Origin: Desulfotignum sp. | GTDB taxonomy: Bacteria > Desulfobacterota > Desulfobacteria > Desulfobacterales > Desulfobacteraceae | Direction: 5' to 3' | Length of the DNA: 64,000 nucleotides | Assembly (NCBI GenBank): GCA_046260585.1 | Contig: JBHEOW010000001.1 | Location: forward strand, 45,242 to 109,241 | Shown here: piece after piece, positions 53,986 to 63,211 of the stretch | How positions within the stretch are numbered: position 1 is the stretch's first letter | How the letters are laid out: each line of letters starts with the position of its first letter | Made by a program: the position numbers and the translations under genes | Notes under the pieces: generated by a model | The model's database searches: none | What the model was told of the DNA's origin: nothing | Seen by the model: the letters and a program-made list of their open reading frames with translations, nothing else

Positions 53986-54804
53986 TTACACTATGGCAAA
54001 TGGGTCTGTTTCCTGATTAAAGCCTTTTATTTCCAGATCATATCCTGCAAGGGAAGCCGCCTTAACCATCCTGCCCGACAACAGATCCACCGCCAGGATT
54101 TCCGAGGCAAAATGCCCCACATCAATTAACGCTTTGCCGTGCTCTTCCACCAGCCGGGCCTCATGATATTTTATATCACCGGTGATAAACAGATCTGCAT
54201 CGGATTGTAAAAAAACCGGTACCAGAGACCCGCCCGAACCTGTGCACAGGGCAATTTTTTTCACCATGATATCCATATTTCCCACAACCCGGATCTGATG
54301 AATCCCCAGCTGTTTTTTGATGTCAGACGCCATCCGGGCCAGGGAAATGGAAGAGGTTACCTCTCCGATCCTTCCGATACCGGTCCTGATATGTTGCTGA
54401 TCTGAAACATTGGGGTCTGGAACAAGGGGATGGGTGACCACAACACCGATGCGGTCTGCAAAAAAATCATTCAGCCCGTTTTGGGCCTTATCCAGATTGG
54501 TGTGGGCACAGACAACGGCAATATGTTCTTTTGCTGCAATGGCAATAGCAGACCCAGGCATGTGTCCAAAATCAATGGTTTTTTCAGGGGTGATAAACAG
54601 TGGATGGTGGGTAAGCACCATATCGGCTTTCCACTGCCGGGCCGCGCGCATCACCTGCATACCCGGATCAAGCCCCACCAGAATTTTTTGTACCGGCCAA
54701 TCCAGACTACCGGCACACAGCCCGCTGTTATCCCATGATTCTGCCAGGTCACAGGGAGCGATGTCATCGATTATAAGCAGAATCTGTTTTACGGTTGGTG
54801 TCAT
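53986..54804 (-). CDS. Nif3-like dinuclear metal centre protein (YbgI/GTP cyclohydrolase 1 type 2 family)
   Basis: Motifs WDNSGL, THHPLF and the C-terminal GHFASE. ATG 54804 has an AAGGA RBS; the track start 54825 would overlap the terminator hairpin. Confidence 0.88.
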   Translation of the reverse strand: MTPTVKQILLIIDDIAPCDLAESWDNSGLCAGSLDWPVQKILVGLDPGMQVMRAARQWKADMVLTHHPLFITPEKTIDFGHMPGSAIAIAAKEHIAVVCAHTNLDKAQNGLNDFFADRIGVVVTHPLVPDPNVSDQQHIRTGIGRIGEVTSSISLARMASDIKKQLGIHQIRVVGNMDIMVKKIALCTGSGGSLVPVFLQSDADLFITGDIKYHEARLVEEHGKALIDVGHFASEILAVDLLSGRMVKAASLAGYDLEIKGFNQETDPFAIV

Positions 54805-54823
54805 GATCCTTGGGCCCAAATAC

Positions 54824-54852
54824 AAAAAGCGTGGTGAGATGCCACGCTTTTT
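54824..54852 (-). terminator. intrinsic terminator (bidirectional type) after tRNA-Met
   Basis: AAAAAGCGTGG-TGAGATG-CCACGCTTTTT: a perfect 7-bp G/C-rich stem flanked by A5 and T5. On the minus strand the hairpin is followed by TTTTTGTATTT. Confidence 0.6.
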
Positions 54853-54951
54853 GTAATTATTTTCTATATTGCTTTTTTGCAGGCATACTCATAAATGAAC
54901 TGACCATCCTTATCATTTTTACTTTCACAAACGGTGTCTGTCAGGATGTCG

Positions 54952-55028
54952 TGGTGGGCCCACCTGGATTCGAACCAGGGACCGACCGGTTATGAGCCGG
55001 TGGCTCTGCCAAACTGAGCTATAGGCCC
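54952..55028 (-). tRNA. tRNA with anticodon CAT (elongator Met, or Ile2 if lysidine-modified)
   Basis: A 77-nt cloverleaf on the minus strand: GGGCCTA..CTCATAA..TTCGAAT..TGGGCCCACCA. G1-C72 is paired and the anticodon stem lacks three G-C pairs, so it is not an initiator. Met and Ile2 cannot be separated by eye. Confidence 0.9.
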
Positions 55029-55090
55029 TTTACCCTTGGCACCCAAACAAACTTTAATCATATATAGCAAACACATATTCAAGTCAAGTT

Positions 55091-56941
55091 TTAATTTTCT
55101 ATAAAGGTCTTGAGTTTCTTACTTCTGGTGGGATGCCGTAATTTTCGCAATGCTTTGGCCTCGATCTGCCGAATGCGCTCCCGGGTAACGGTAAAATCCT
55201 TGCCCACCTCTTCCAGGGTGTGATCGGATTTTTCCCCGATACCAAACCGCATGCGCAGCACCTTTTCTTCTCTGGGTGTCAAAGTAGCCAGGATTTTGCG
55301 TGTCTGTTCCGACAGGCTGAAGTCAATGGCGGCTTCCGATGGAATGGAAAATTTCTTGTCTTCAATAAAATCTCCCAGATGGCTGTCTTCTTCCTCTCCA
55401 ATGGGAGTTTCCAGAGAAATGGGTTCCTTTGCAATTTTTAAAACCCGCCGGACCTTGTCAATGGGAATCTCCATTTTTACTGCAATTTCCTCGGGAGACG
55501 GTTCTTTGCCCATCTCCTGAACCAGGTATCTGGAGGTTCTGATAAGTTTGTTGATGGTTTCAATCATGTGCACTGGAATGCGGATGGTTCTTGCCTGGTC
55601 GGCAATGGCCCGGGTGATGGCCTGGCGGATCCACCAGGTGGCATAGGTGGAGAACTTGTATCCCCGCCTGTATTCAAACTTGTCCACCGCTTTCATAAGA
55701 CCGATATTCCCTTCCTGGATCAGATCCAGAAATTGAAGCCCCCGGTTGGTGTATTTTTTGGCAATGCTGACAACCAGCCGCAAATTGGCCCGGACCAGTT
55801 CGCGTTTGGCGCAGTCAGCATCTTTGCGTCCCTTGTCAATGCCCCGGGTTATCGCTCGAAGATCATCAGCATCCCCTTTTATCAGCTCCCTGCGCAGGGC
55901 AACCTGGTCCATGACGGCCTGGATATCTTTATGCAGGAGAACAGCCCTTTCTGTATCCAGGTTTGTCCGGGCCGTGGCCCATTGCACAAATTTCTCCTGG
56001 TCAGAGGCTTGTTTGAGCATGGTATCTTTCATGACATGAAAGGTTTTTGCACATCTTTCCAGTAACGTGTCAACCGTGTCAAACCAGACAATGGTGCTGC
56101 GGATACTCTTTTCAATGGTATCAATGACATTGGATTCAAAACGCCAGCGTTTGAGTTCCGCAAAGATCTGATCTGTTCCCTGGTGGATCTCTTCCACCAG
56201 ATTCTGGTATTTTTTGGTCGATTTTCTCAGGCCATGGAGTTGATCCCTTTTGGCCTGGCTGGCTTCATGGATCTCTTTGATGACGGTAACAGATTCCAGA
56301 AACTTATCCTGCTTTGACGCTTCATCCACCACCCCGTCCCCTTCATCCACATCCCGTAACACATGTTTGGGACGTATGGATTTTCTTTCCATTTTATCCC
56401 CGTACAAAAAAATGGTGGTCAGGGAGATCGGACAGTCCAGCATGGCGCGCAGTACATCCCGTTCCCCCACTTCAATTTTTTTAGCGATTTCGATTTCACC
56501 TTCACGACTCAACAGCGTGACCATCCCCATCTCTTTGAGATACATTTTAACAGGGTCGGTTACTGCCCCGAATTCCAGATCAGGACGTTCTTTCACTGAT
56601 GAAAAAAAATCTTTTTTATCGGTGATGGCTGGTTTTTTATGTTTTGCTTCCTGCTTGATTTTTTCTTTTTTGTTCCCTGGTTTGACAGCAGGTTTGTCAG
56701 ATGTTTTGGTACCTGCTTTTTTGTGTTTTTCTTTTTCAAGATCCACCATTGTAATGCCAAGCTCCTTAAACTGAACCACGATATCTTCGATCTGATCAAA
56801 AGAGGTCACGTCATCGGATATTGCATCATTTATTTCGGCAAAAGAGAGAACACCGTGTTTTTTGCCCTTTTCAATGAGCTTTTTTAATTCTGTTTTGCTG
56901 ATCACCATATTGGCTTCTGACTTTTTTACATTATTTGTCAT
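55091..56941 (-). CDS. rpoD: RNA polymerase primary sigma factor
   Basis: Regions 1.1 to 4.2 are present. They include the 2.4 helix ([14 protein letters not shown]), region 3 and the 4.2 HTH ([28 protein letters not shown]). Confidence 0.95.
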   Translation of the reverse strand: MTNNVKKSEANMVISKTELKKLIEKGKKHGVLSFAEINDAISDDVTSFDQIEDIVVQFKELGITMVDLEKEKHKKAGTKTSDKPAVKPGNKKEKIKQEAKHKKPAITDKKDFFSSVKERPDLEFGAVTDPVKMYLKEMGMVTLLSREGEIEIAKKIEVGERDVLRAMLDCPISLTTIFLYGDKMERKSIRPKHVLRDVDEGDGVVDEASKQDKFLESVTVIKEIHEASQAKRDQLHGLRKSTKKYQNLVEEIHQGTDQIFAELKRWRFESNVIDTIEKSIRSTIVWFDTVDTLLERCAKTFHVMKDTMLKQASDQEKFVQWATARTNLDTERAVLLHKDIQAVMDQVALRRELIKGDADDLRAITRGIDKGRKDADCAKRELVRANLRLVVSIAKKYTNRGLQFLDLIQEGNIGLMKAVDKFEYRRGYKFSTYATWWIRQAITRAIADQARTIRIPVHMIETINKLIRTSRYLVQEMGKEPSPEEIAVKMEIPIDKVRRVLKIAKEPISLETPIGEEEDSHLGDFIEDKKFSIPSEAAIDFSLSEQTRKILATLTPREEKVLRMRFGIGEKSDHTLEEVGKDFTVTRERIRQIEAKALRKLRHPTRSKKLKTFIEN

Positions 56942-56964
56942 GAAATGTCTCCCAAAGGCTACCG

Positions 56965-58740
56965 TTATTGCCCATCATGTAATTGCCGAATCTCTTGCTG
57001 CTTCAATTTCAACAGTTCCATTACATCAGCATCACAGCCCTTTTCTGCATGTATGATCTTTGCTGTTAAGATATTTTCTTTCTTCTTTTTAATCCGGATA
57101 ATCCTGTTGATGATGGATCTCGCCGTATTGCCCAGATCTGTTTCTTGCCCGAGCCCGTCTGCCATGGCAAGGGATGCAATCAATTGTTTGTCCCTGTCTT
57201 GTTCCATTTTTGCCATGACATGGTTGACAAACGAGTGGTCAAGCGGATCAGCTTTGACAATAATATTTGCAATACGGCACAGCCGCTGTGAATAAAAACA
57301 GTCCAATACCCCGGAAGCAACTACTTGGGGGATGATATCAGGACAGTGGAGCATCAGGGCAAGAAGCTGCTGTTCCCTGGGATCGGATGCACAGGACTGC
57401 TCCGGATCACGGCTGTCTGTCACAAAAGATTTACCCTGCTGTCCCTGAGCCACCTGTTCCTTGATTTTTTCAAGCACTGCCCGCTCGTCGATATTCAGTG
57501 TTTCTGCAAGTTCTCTTACGTGCACAGACCGCAAAGCACTGTCCTGGATATCCGCCAGGTGAGGTTTCATCTCATCTAAAATCCGTATCCGTCCCTCCAC
57601 GGACAACCCATGGGTATCCATGGCCGTCTTGAGCAAAAACTGCATCACTGATTCTGCCTGACCCGCCAGGTCCAGGAAGGCTTCAGGACCGTGATTCACT
57701 ACATAGGTATCAGGATCATCTCCCCGGGGCAGAACCAGTATGCGGGTGTCCACGCCTTCTTTCATAAAAATGGTGATGCTGCGTTTTGCTGCATTGATCC
57801 CGGCTGCATCTGAATCAAATACCAGCACCATGGTGGGGGCATAGCCTTTGAGTATCCTGACATGTTCAGATGTCAATGCGGTTCCCAGACTTGCCACCGT
57901 GTTTTTAATGCCATTTTGAAAAAGAGATAAAAAATCAAAATACCCTTCCACAATGTACACGGTTCCATTTTTCCGGCAATACTGTTTTGCCGCATGAAGT
58001 CCGTATAAAATCCTGCTTTTGCTGTAAACAGGGGTTTCCGGTGAATTCAGATATTTGGGCATCTGGTCATCCATAACCCGGCCTCCGAACCCGGCCACCT
58101 GCATATTAATATCAAAAATAGGAAACATGATCCGGTTTCTGAACCGGTCATAAAATCCGTTGTTTTGTTTTCTGGGCAAAATCAACCCGGACTGCAGTGC
58201 TGCCTGGCGGCTGATTTTTTCTTTTTTAAAAAAAGTCACCACCCCATCCCATTGGTCCATGGCATATCCAAGATGAAACGCATCAATGGTTTTTTGGGTA
58301 ATGCCCCTTTTTTCAAGGTATTGTCTGGCACCGTCGGCTTTTGTGTTTTGTGCAAGAAGGCTGTTATAATATGCCATGATTTTTTTATTGAGGCCGAACA
58401 ATGCTTCTTTCAAGGCAATTTCTTTGCGCCTGGCCGGATCAAGCTGCGGGGTTTCCACAACAATATTGTATTTGCGGGCCAGCATTTTAGCTGCTTCTAC
58501 AAAAGAAAGCCCATGATATTTCATCACATAGGAAATAGCGCTCCCACCGGCACTGCATCCAAAGCAATAAAAAATCTGTTTTGCCGGATTCACTGAAAAC
58601 GACGGGGTTTTCTCTGAATGAAACGGACACAGGCCAAAATAATTCTGGCCAGATTTTTTGAGAATAACAGATTCTGATACGATATCAACAATGTCTGATG
58701 TGTGTAGGATTTCTGAAATTTTATCTTCAGGAATAAACAT
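56965..58740 (-). CDS. dnaG: DNA primase
   Basis: Zinc-binding motif [17 protein letters not shown], a TOPRIM domain (IVEGYFD..DSDAAG) and a C-terminal DnaB-interaction region. It lies directly upstream of rpoD. Confidence 0.95.
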   Translation of the reverse strand: MFIPEDKISEILHTSDIVDIVSESVILKKSGQNYFGLCPFHSEKTPSFSVNPAKQIFYCFGCSAGGSAISYVMKYHGLSFVEAAKMLARKYNIVVETPQLDPARRKEIALKEALFGLNKKIMAYYNSLLAQNTKADGARQYLEKRGITQKTIDAFHLGYAMDQWDGVVTFFKKEKISRQAALQSGLILPRKQNNGFYDRFRNRIMFPIFDINMQVAGFGGRVMDDQMPKYLNSPETPVYSKSRILYGLHAAKQYCRKNGTVYIVEGYFDFLSLFQNGIKNTVASLGTALTSEHVRILKGYAPTMVLVFDSDAAGINAAKRSITIFMKEGVDTRILVLPRGDDPDTYVVNHGPEAFLDLAGQAESVMQFLLKTAMDTHGLSVEGRIRILDEMKPHLADIQDSALRSVHVRELAETLNIDERAVLEKIKEQVAQGQQGKSFVTDSRDPEQSCASDPREQQLLALMLHCPDIIPQVVASGVLDCFYSQRLCRIANIIVKADPLDHSFVNHVMAKMEQDRDKQLIASLAMADGLGQETDLGNTARSIINRIIRIKKKKENILTAKIIHAEKGCDADVMELLKLKQQEIRQLHDGQ

Positions 58741-58834
58741 CGCTTCAGGTCATGACTCCAAAATTTCAAACGGTTATGTAATAGTACCTAAATTTAAGTA
58801 CATAAAACAACTTGTCAATCACCCGGATGGATGA

Positions 58835-59563
58835 TTATGCTGATGCTGAAATCCGTATGGCTTCCTGTAAATCAAGGCTGCCTTCATAGAGTGCTTTTCC
58901 TGTAATCACGCCGGTCACCCCGAATGCTGCGATCTTGCAAAGGTTCTTTATATCTGCAATGGTGGCGACCCCTCCGGAAGCGATAATGGGTATGGAAACC
59001 GCCTGTGCCAGGGCTGCTGTTTCTTCGATATTCGGGCCGGTCTGCATCCCGTCCCTGTGAATATCGGTAAAATTGATGGCAGCCACGCCCGAAGCTTCAA
59101 ACTGTTTTGCCAGGTCAACGGCACGGGTATCGGATGTTCGGCTCCAGCCTTCAACTGCCACCATCCCGTTTCTGGCATCAATTCCCACCACAATTTTGCC
59201 TTCAAACAATTTACAGGCCTGCTTTACAAACTCCGGGCGATACACGGCTTCACTGCCGATGATAACCCGTGACACACCCGCGGCAATATATTTTTCAATG
59301 GTGGAAATATCCCGGATTCCGCCACCCACCTGGATGGGTACGGACACCTGGTCCAGAATGTGTAAAATGGTATCAAAATTTTTGGCGGATTTGGCAAAGG
59401 CCCCGTCCAGATCCACCACATGGATCAATCGGGCCCCCTGTTTTTCCCATTTCAGTGCCATTGTTCCAGGATCATCAGAATAATGGGTGGCATCTTCCAT
59501 GCGCCCCTGGAGCAACCGGACGCATTTACCCTGTTTGATGTCAACTGCAGGTATGATAATCAT
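58835..59563 (-). CDS. hisA: ProFAR isomerase (HisA)
   Basis: MIIIPAVDIKQGKCVRL..VVDLDGA..GGGIR..SGGV: a (beta/alpha)8 HisA pattern. ATG 59563 (the track start 59599 is GTG). Confidence 0.9.
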   Translation of the reverse strand: MIIIPAVDIKQGKCVRLLQGRMEDATHYSDDPGTMALKWEKQGARLIHVVDLDGAFAKSAKNFDTILHILDQVSVPIQVGGGIRDISTIEKYIAAGVSRVIIGSEAVYRPEFVKQACKLFEGKIVVGIDARNGMVAVEGWSRTSDTRAVDLAKQFEASGVAAINFTDIHRDGMQTGPNIEETAALAQAVSIPIIASGGVATIADIKNLCKIAAFGVTGVITGKALYEGSLDLQEAIRISASA

Positions 59564-59622
59564 AAATCTTATATCTTCTATGTGCCGGGTCTTTGTCACC
59601 CGCGTTTAAATCTCAGTGATGA

Positions 59623-60210
59623 TCACAGAGTGCCTTTGCTGGAAAGTGTGCCTGCAATCTTGTCATGAATCCGGGTAGCCTGGTGCAAAGACCGTCCCAT
59701 GGCCTTGAATATCGATTCCAGCACATGGTGTTCATTGCTGCCGTAATGGGTATTGATATGAAGGTTGAATCTGCCTTCCGTGCAGAATGCCTGGAAAAAT
59801 TCTTTGGCAAGAAATGCGTCAAACGCAGTACCTGATGTGAGATTTTCCGGAAAATGATACACAAGATAGGGCCTGTTGGACAAATCAATGGTTACGCTGG
59901 AAAGGGCTTCATCCATTGGCACGCAATTGCTGCCAAACCGCTGAATCCTTTGTTTGTCACCCAGGGCAGCAAAAAAAACCTGCCCCAATACAAGACCTGT
60001 GTCCTCCACTGTGTGATGCAAGTCAACATCCAGGTCGCCCTTGGCTATGATCTTGAGATCAAAAAAACCATGAACACAGAAAGCGGTGAGCATATGATCA
60101 AAAAAGGCAATGCCCGTGGTAATGTCTGCCTTGCCTGTTCCATCCAGGTCCATTTGAATCTCAATCTGTGTTTCTTTTGTTTTTCTTGAAAGCCGTGCAT
60201 CCCGCGCCAT
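59623..60210 (-). CDS. hisB: imidazoleglycerol-phosphate dehydratase
   Basis: RKTKETQI.., the HHTVED motif and the EHH motif (GSNEHHVLESIFKA). 195 aa, monofunctional form. Confidence 0.93.
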   Translation of the reverse strand: MARDARLSRKTKETQIEIQMDLDGTGKADITTGIAFFDHMLTAFCVHGFFDLKIIAKGDLDVDLHHTVEDTGLVLGQVFFAALGDKQRIQRFGSNCVPMDEALSSVTIDLSNRPYLVYHFPENLTSGTAFDAFLAKEFFQAFCTEGRFNLHINTHYGSNEHHVLESIFKAMGRSLHQATRIHDKIAGTLSSKGTL

Positions 60211-60298
60211 GAGAAAACCCTTGAAAATAAATGAAACCTGTTGTTATCAGCAGCCAGCCATCGCCATAGAACAAAATATTGCCTCAACGAATCTTTTT

Positions 60299-60327
60299 AT
60301 AATACGCAAATATACTTTTATTGTCAA
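60299..60327 (-). promoter_or_regulatory. sigma-70 promoter of hisB
   Basis: On the minus strand: TTGACA (60327-22), a 17-nt spacer and TATTAT (60304-60299), about 85 nt upstream of the hisB ATG. Confidence 0.5.
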
Positions 60328-60359
60328 TTAATTTGTCGGCATGAAAAACAACCGCAGTC

Positions 60360-60388
60360 TTGCAAATAATACAAATATACATTATATT
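60360..60388 (+). promoter_or_regulatory. candidate sigma-70 promoter of the HExxH protein gene
   Basis: TTGCAA (60360-65), a 17-nt spacer and TATATT (60383-88), 44 nt upstream of ATG 60432. Confidence 0.4.
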
Positions 60389-60431
60389 ACCTTCAGGTTA
60401 CAAACACTGTACAATCTGGGGATAAAAAAAC

Positions 60432-61100
60432 ATGGCGATAAACCAGATTTCCGGAAATATATATTCTGCTCCGTACAACCCTGTTTTCGGGACGTCAAAC
60501 AGTGTTCCATCGACCCAGCGAAATCCTGATACCAGCCCGTCAGATCAACCATCCCGGGGCACCAGACAAGATACCGGCACCCGGGAATCACATCCCTATG
60601 CCCGGACAGGTCCTGCATCATCCCCGGGGGAACTCACCACGGCTGAACGCATGCTGCTGGCTGAACTCAAAAATGCAGACACCCGGGTAAGGCAGCATGA
60701 AATGGCCCATGTAGCCGCCGGTGCAGGTGTAGTTACATCTGGTGCCAGTTTTACTTATAAAAAAGGACCGGATGGCCAAAACTATGCTGTTGCCGGAGAG
60801 GTCAGCATTGATGCCGCACCGGTGCCCGGAGATCCCCAGGCCACCATCCGTAAAATGCAGCAGGTCAGAAGAGCGGCCCTTGCACCGGCCAGTCCTTCTC
60901 CCCAGGATATCAAAGTGGCATCCCGGGCCTCGGCTTTGGCTGCAAAAGCAGCCTCTGAACTGATGATTCTCCAGGCCAAAGAACGGGCTGCAGCCAATGA
61001 ATCCAGGGCTTTTGGCAATATGAAAAACGCTTCCAATGAATATACAAAGGTCAGCATCTTGCCTGGAAAAGACACCCAAACTATTGATCTGGCCGTATAA
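60432..61100 (+). CDS. SprA-related / CJM1_0395-type putative metalloprotease family protein
   Basis: Low-complexity Pro/Ser/Thr N-terminus, then VRQHEMAHVAAGAGVVTSGASFTYKKGPDGQNYAVAGEVSIDAAPVPGDPQATIRKMQQVRRAALAPASPSPQD. I recognise this as the conserved core (HExxH) of that family. Confidence 0.7.
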   Translation: MAINQISGNIYSAPYNPVFGTSNSVPSTQRNPDTSPSDQPSRGTRQDTGTRESHPYARTGPASSPGELTTAERMLLAELKNADTRVRQHEMAHVAAGAGVVTSGASFTYKKGPDGQNYAVAGEVSIDAAPVPGDPQATIRKMQQVRRAALAPASPSPQDIKVASRASALAAKAASELMILQAKERAAANESRAFGNMKNASNEYTKVSILPGKDTQTIDLAV

Positions 61101-61122
61101 CCTCGCTGGGAAACCGGGGCGA

Positions 61123-61662
61123 TTATTTGATCAATTTCACCATCTGCCTGAAATGATCCCCTTTGGCCCTTCGCATCAGCTCAAACAATACCATTTCCAC
61201 TGAGGTGATCTGAGCCCCTGACTGCACAATTCGCTGGAGTCCGACTTCTTTGTTTTCTTTGGTCCTGGATGACACGCAATCTGATACGACCTGGACTTCA
61301 TACCCTTTGTTGCGCAATTCATAGGCTGTCTGAAACACACAGATATGTGTCTCAATACCGGTTATCAATATCTGGTTTCTGGACAGGGCATCAAATTTTT
61401 CCATGAATACCGGATCCTGACAACAGGAAAAAACATCCTTTTCAATGGGAGATTCCCCTGCCATCAACTGCTGGATATCCGCCACTGTGGGCCCAAGCTT
61501 GGCAGGTATCTGCTCCATCCAGAGAATCGGCACCCCCAGCACTTTCATTCCCTTGATCAGTATCGCCAAAGATCCAAACAGTTTTTCTTTTTCATACATC
61601 AGCTGGGCCAGCTGACCCTGGACATCCACCAGAAGCATGACGGTATTGTCAGTGGAAAACAT
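61123..61662 (-). CDS. isochorismatase-family hydrolase
   Basis: LLVDVQ (catalytic Asp context), and GIETHICV (catalytic Cys context). ATG 61662 has a GGAGAG RBS; the track starts at 61710. Confidence 0.8.
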   Translation of the reverse strand: MFSTDNTVMLLVDVQGQLAQLMYEKEKLFGSLAILIKGMKVLGVPILWMEQIPAKLGPTVADIQQLMAGESPIEKDVFSCCQDPVFMEKFDALSRNQILITGIETHICVFQTAYELRNKGYEVQVVSDCVSSRTKENKEVGLQRIVQSGAQITSVEMVLFELMRRAKGDHFRQMVKLIK

Positions 61663-61942
61663 GGATACTCTCCTTTTTTGGATATATGATTCAACTTCGG
61701 GTAACCCCATTGTACATCAAAAAATATCAGACCAATCGCGACAAAGCAATTGGAATTGAATACCTCCTGACAATTATTGTCAAAACAGAACCGAATATTG
61801 GATAATTTGCCGCAACAGGTTTCTTGAAAAATAAATCATGGCCCTGGCAGACCAGGTTTTGTGACAAAAACGAAAAACCCTGCATGGTTTTTGCATGGTT
61901 TTTTGGCAACACGCAATACAAACATGATGGAGGCAGACAAAC

Positions 61943-62296
61943 ATGATTTCATCCATTCAAAATAATGCATCGGCTCTACAGGCATTTTCCAATCAGATAG
62001 TCGTCAGTGCCAATAATGTTGCCAATGCCTTGTCCGATGAATTTACCTCAAGCCGGGCCCACAATGTGGAGGCCACCCCCCGGGGTGTAACCACTGTAAT
62101 TTCCAAAGATCCTGGCCCCGGCCCTCTGGTGGAAGATCCCCTAAAAAACGACGGGTCCCTCAAGGAATTATCCAATACAGACATCGCCCGGGAAATGGTC
62201 CAGCAGATGACGGCCCAGCATGGATTTGATGCCAATGCCAGAACAATCCAGACCTCCGATGACATCACGGGCACGATCATTGACATGATGGGATGA
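61943..62296 (+). CDS. short flagellar basal-body rod-like protein (FlgB/FlgC-like termini, 117 aa)
   Basis: The N-terminal SANNVANALSDEF resembles the rod N-terminal motif. The C-terminal SNTDIAREMVQQMTAQHGFDANARTIQTSDDITGTIIDM resembles the rod C-terminal domain. GGAGG RBS. No other flagellar gene is in the window. Confidence 0.65.
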   Translation: MISSIQNNASALQAFSNQIVVSANNVANALSDEFTSSRAHNVEATPRGVTTVISKDPGPGPLVEDPLKNDGSLKELSNTDIAREMVQQMTAQHGFDANARTIQTSDDITGTIIDMMG

Positions 62297-62299
62297 ATA

Positions 62300-62827
62300 A
62301 TGAAGCTTCATGGCCGGTATTATATATTACTGGGCCTTGCGTTGACCTGCCTGGCCTGCGCAGATCATAAAGCCTCCGGACCCGTAGGACATTTGCCGAC
62401 ACCGGACAAAACACAATCTCCATTGCCGGCCGCTGATCTATCTTTTCTGACAGATATCCGCAAAATCATCGTACAAACGGCTGTTGAAAGTATCGGCACC
62501 CCATATCGCTGGGGCGGGCACACCCCTGGCCGGGGATTTGACTGCAGCGGCCTGGTAGCCTATACCCACCAGAATGCCGGGATTCAGGTTCCCAGAACAG
62601 CCCATGCCCAGTTCAGCCAGGGAAGAAAAATTCCCAAACATCAGCTGGTACCCGGAGATCTGGTCTTTTTTGCCGTTCCAGAGAAAAAAAACGGCTTCCA
62701 TGTGGGTATTTATACCGGCAGCAGCTGGTTTATCCATGCCCCGGGCCGGGGACGACAGGTAATGCATTCCCATCTGGACAATACCTATTTTAAAAAAAAT
62801 TACACCGGTGCCAGATCATATCTATAG
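62300..62827 (+). CDS. NlpC/P60 (C40) family peptidoglycan endopeptidase lipoprotein
   Basis: Lipobox LTCLAC, a catalytic Cys context (YRWGGHTPGRGFDCSGLVAY) and His (FHVGIY..FIHAP). The ATG lies 3 nt after the upstream stop. Confidence 0.88.
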   Translation: MKLHGRYYILLGLALTCLACADHKASGPVGHLPTPDKTQSPLPAADLSFLTDIRKIIVQTAVESIGTPYRWGGHTPGRGFDCSGLVAYTHQNAGIQVPRTAHAQFSQGRKIPKHQLVPGDLVFFAVPEKKNGFHVGIYTGSSWFIHAPGRGRQVMHSHLDNTYFKKNYTGARSYL

Positions 62828-62841
62828 CGATACGCAGAAAC

Positions 62842-62900
62842 AAAAAAAGACGGGCCTTTCAGAAACTCGGTAAAAAGTTGCTGAAACGCCCGTCTTTATT
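62842..62900 (-). terminator. long-stem intrinsic terminator between NlpC/P60 and the tRNA-Leu pair (bidirectional)
   Basis: AAAGACGGGCCTTTCAG (62846-62) pairs with CTGAAACGCCCGTCTTT (62881-97) with one mismatch and an 18-nt loop. On the minus strand it is followed by T7, directly after tRNA-Leu. On the plus strand it is followed by TTTATT. Confidence 0.6.
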
Positions 62901-62903
62901 ACT

Positions 62904-62988
62904 TGGTACCGAAGAGAGGACTTGAACCTCCACGCCTTGCGGCACTAGATCCTAAGTCTAGCGTGTCTACCAATTCCACCACTTCGGC
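62904..62988 (-). tRNA. tRNA-Leu (anticodon TAG)
   Basis: An 85-nt class II tRNA on the minus strand: GCCGAAGTGGTGGAATTGGTAGACACG.., anticodon loop CTTAGGA, a long variable arm, T-loop TTCAAGT and CCA encoded. Confidence 0.93.
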
Positions 62989-63006
62989 TTTGGATCTTTT
63001 TGAAGA

Positions 63007-63093
63007 TGGTGCCGAAGGGGAGATTCGAACTCCCACAAGCGTGCGCTCGCCAGTCCCTGAAACTGGTGCGTCTACCAATTCCGCCACTTCGGC
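63007..63093 (-). tRNA. tRNA-Leu (anticodon CAG)
   Basis: An 87-nt class II tRNA on the minus strand: GCCGAAGTGGCGGAATTGGTAGACGCA.., anticodon loop TTCAGGG, a long variable arm, T-loop TTCGAAT and CCA encoded. Confidence 0.93.
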
Positions 63094-63153
63094 ATATCCT
63101 TTGACCGCTCTGCCGCCGGCAATTTATGCATTGCGTAAAAGCGATGGTTGGGA

Positions 63154-63182
63154 TATATATATGTGTTTGTATGTTTTGTCAA
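63154..63182 (-). promoter_or_regulatory. candidate sigma-70 promoter of the tRNA-Leu pair
   Basis: On the minus strand: TTGACA (63182-77), a 17-nt spacer and TATATA (63159-54), about 60 nt upstream of the first tRNA-Leu. Confidence 0.45.
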
Positions 63183-63211
63183 GAATATTTATTACTATGG
63201 TAAAGGGAAAT

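Noticed and set aside
60211-60298. A histidine attenuator (leader peptide) upstream of hisB
   Set aside because: The only short ORF in the leader (MAMAGC-stop) contains no His codons. I also found no terminator/antiterminator pair.
62899-63087. 62-aa minus-strand ORF (MAELVDAPVSGTGERT..)
   Set aside because: It is the in-frame read-through of the two tRNA-Leu genes. This is a classic false ORF.
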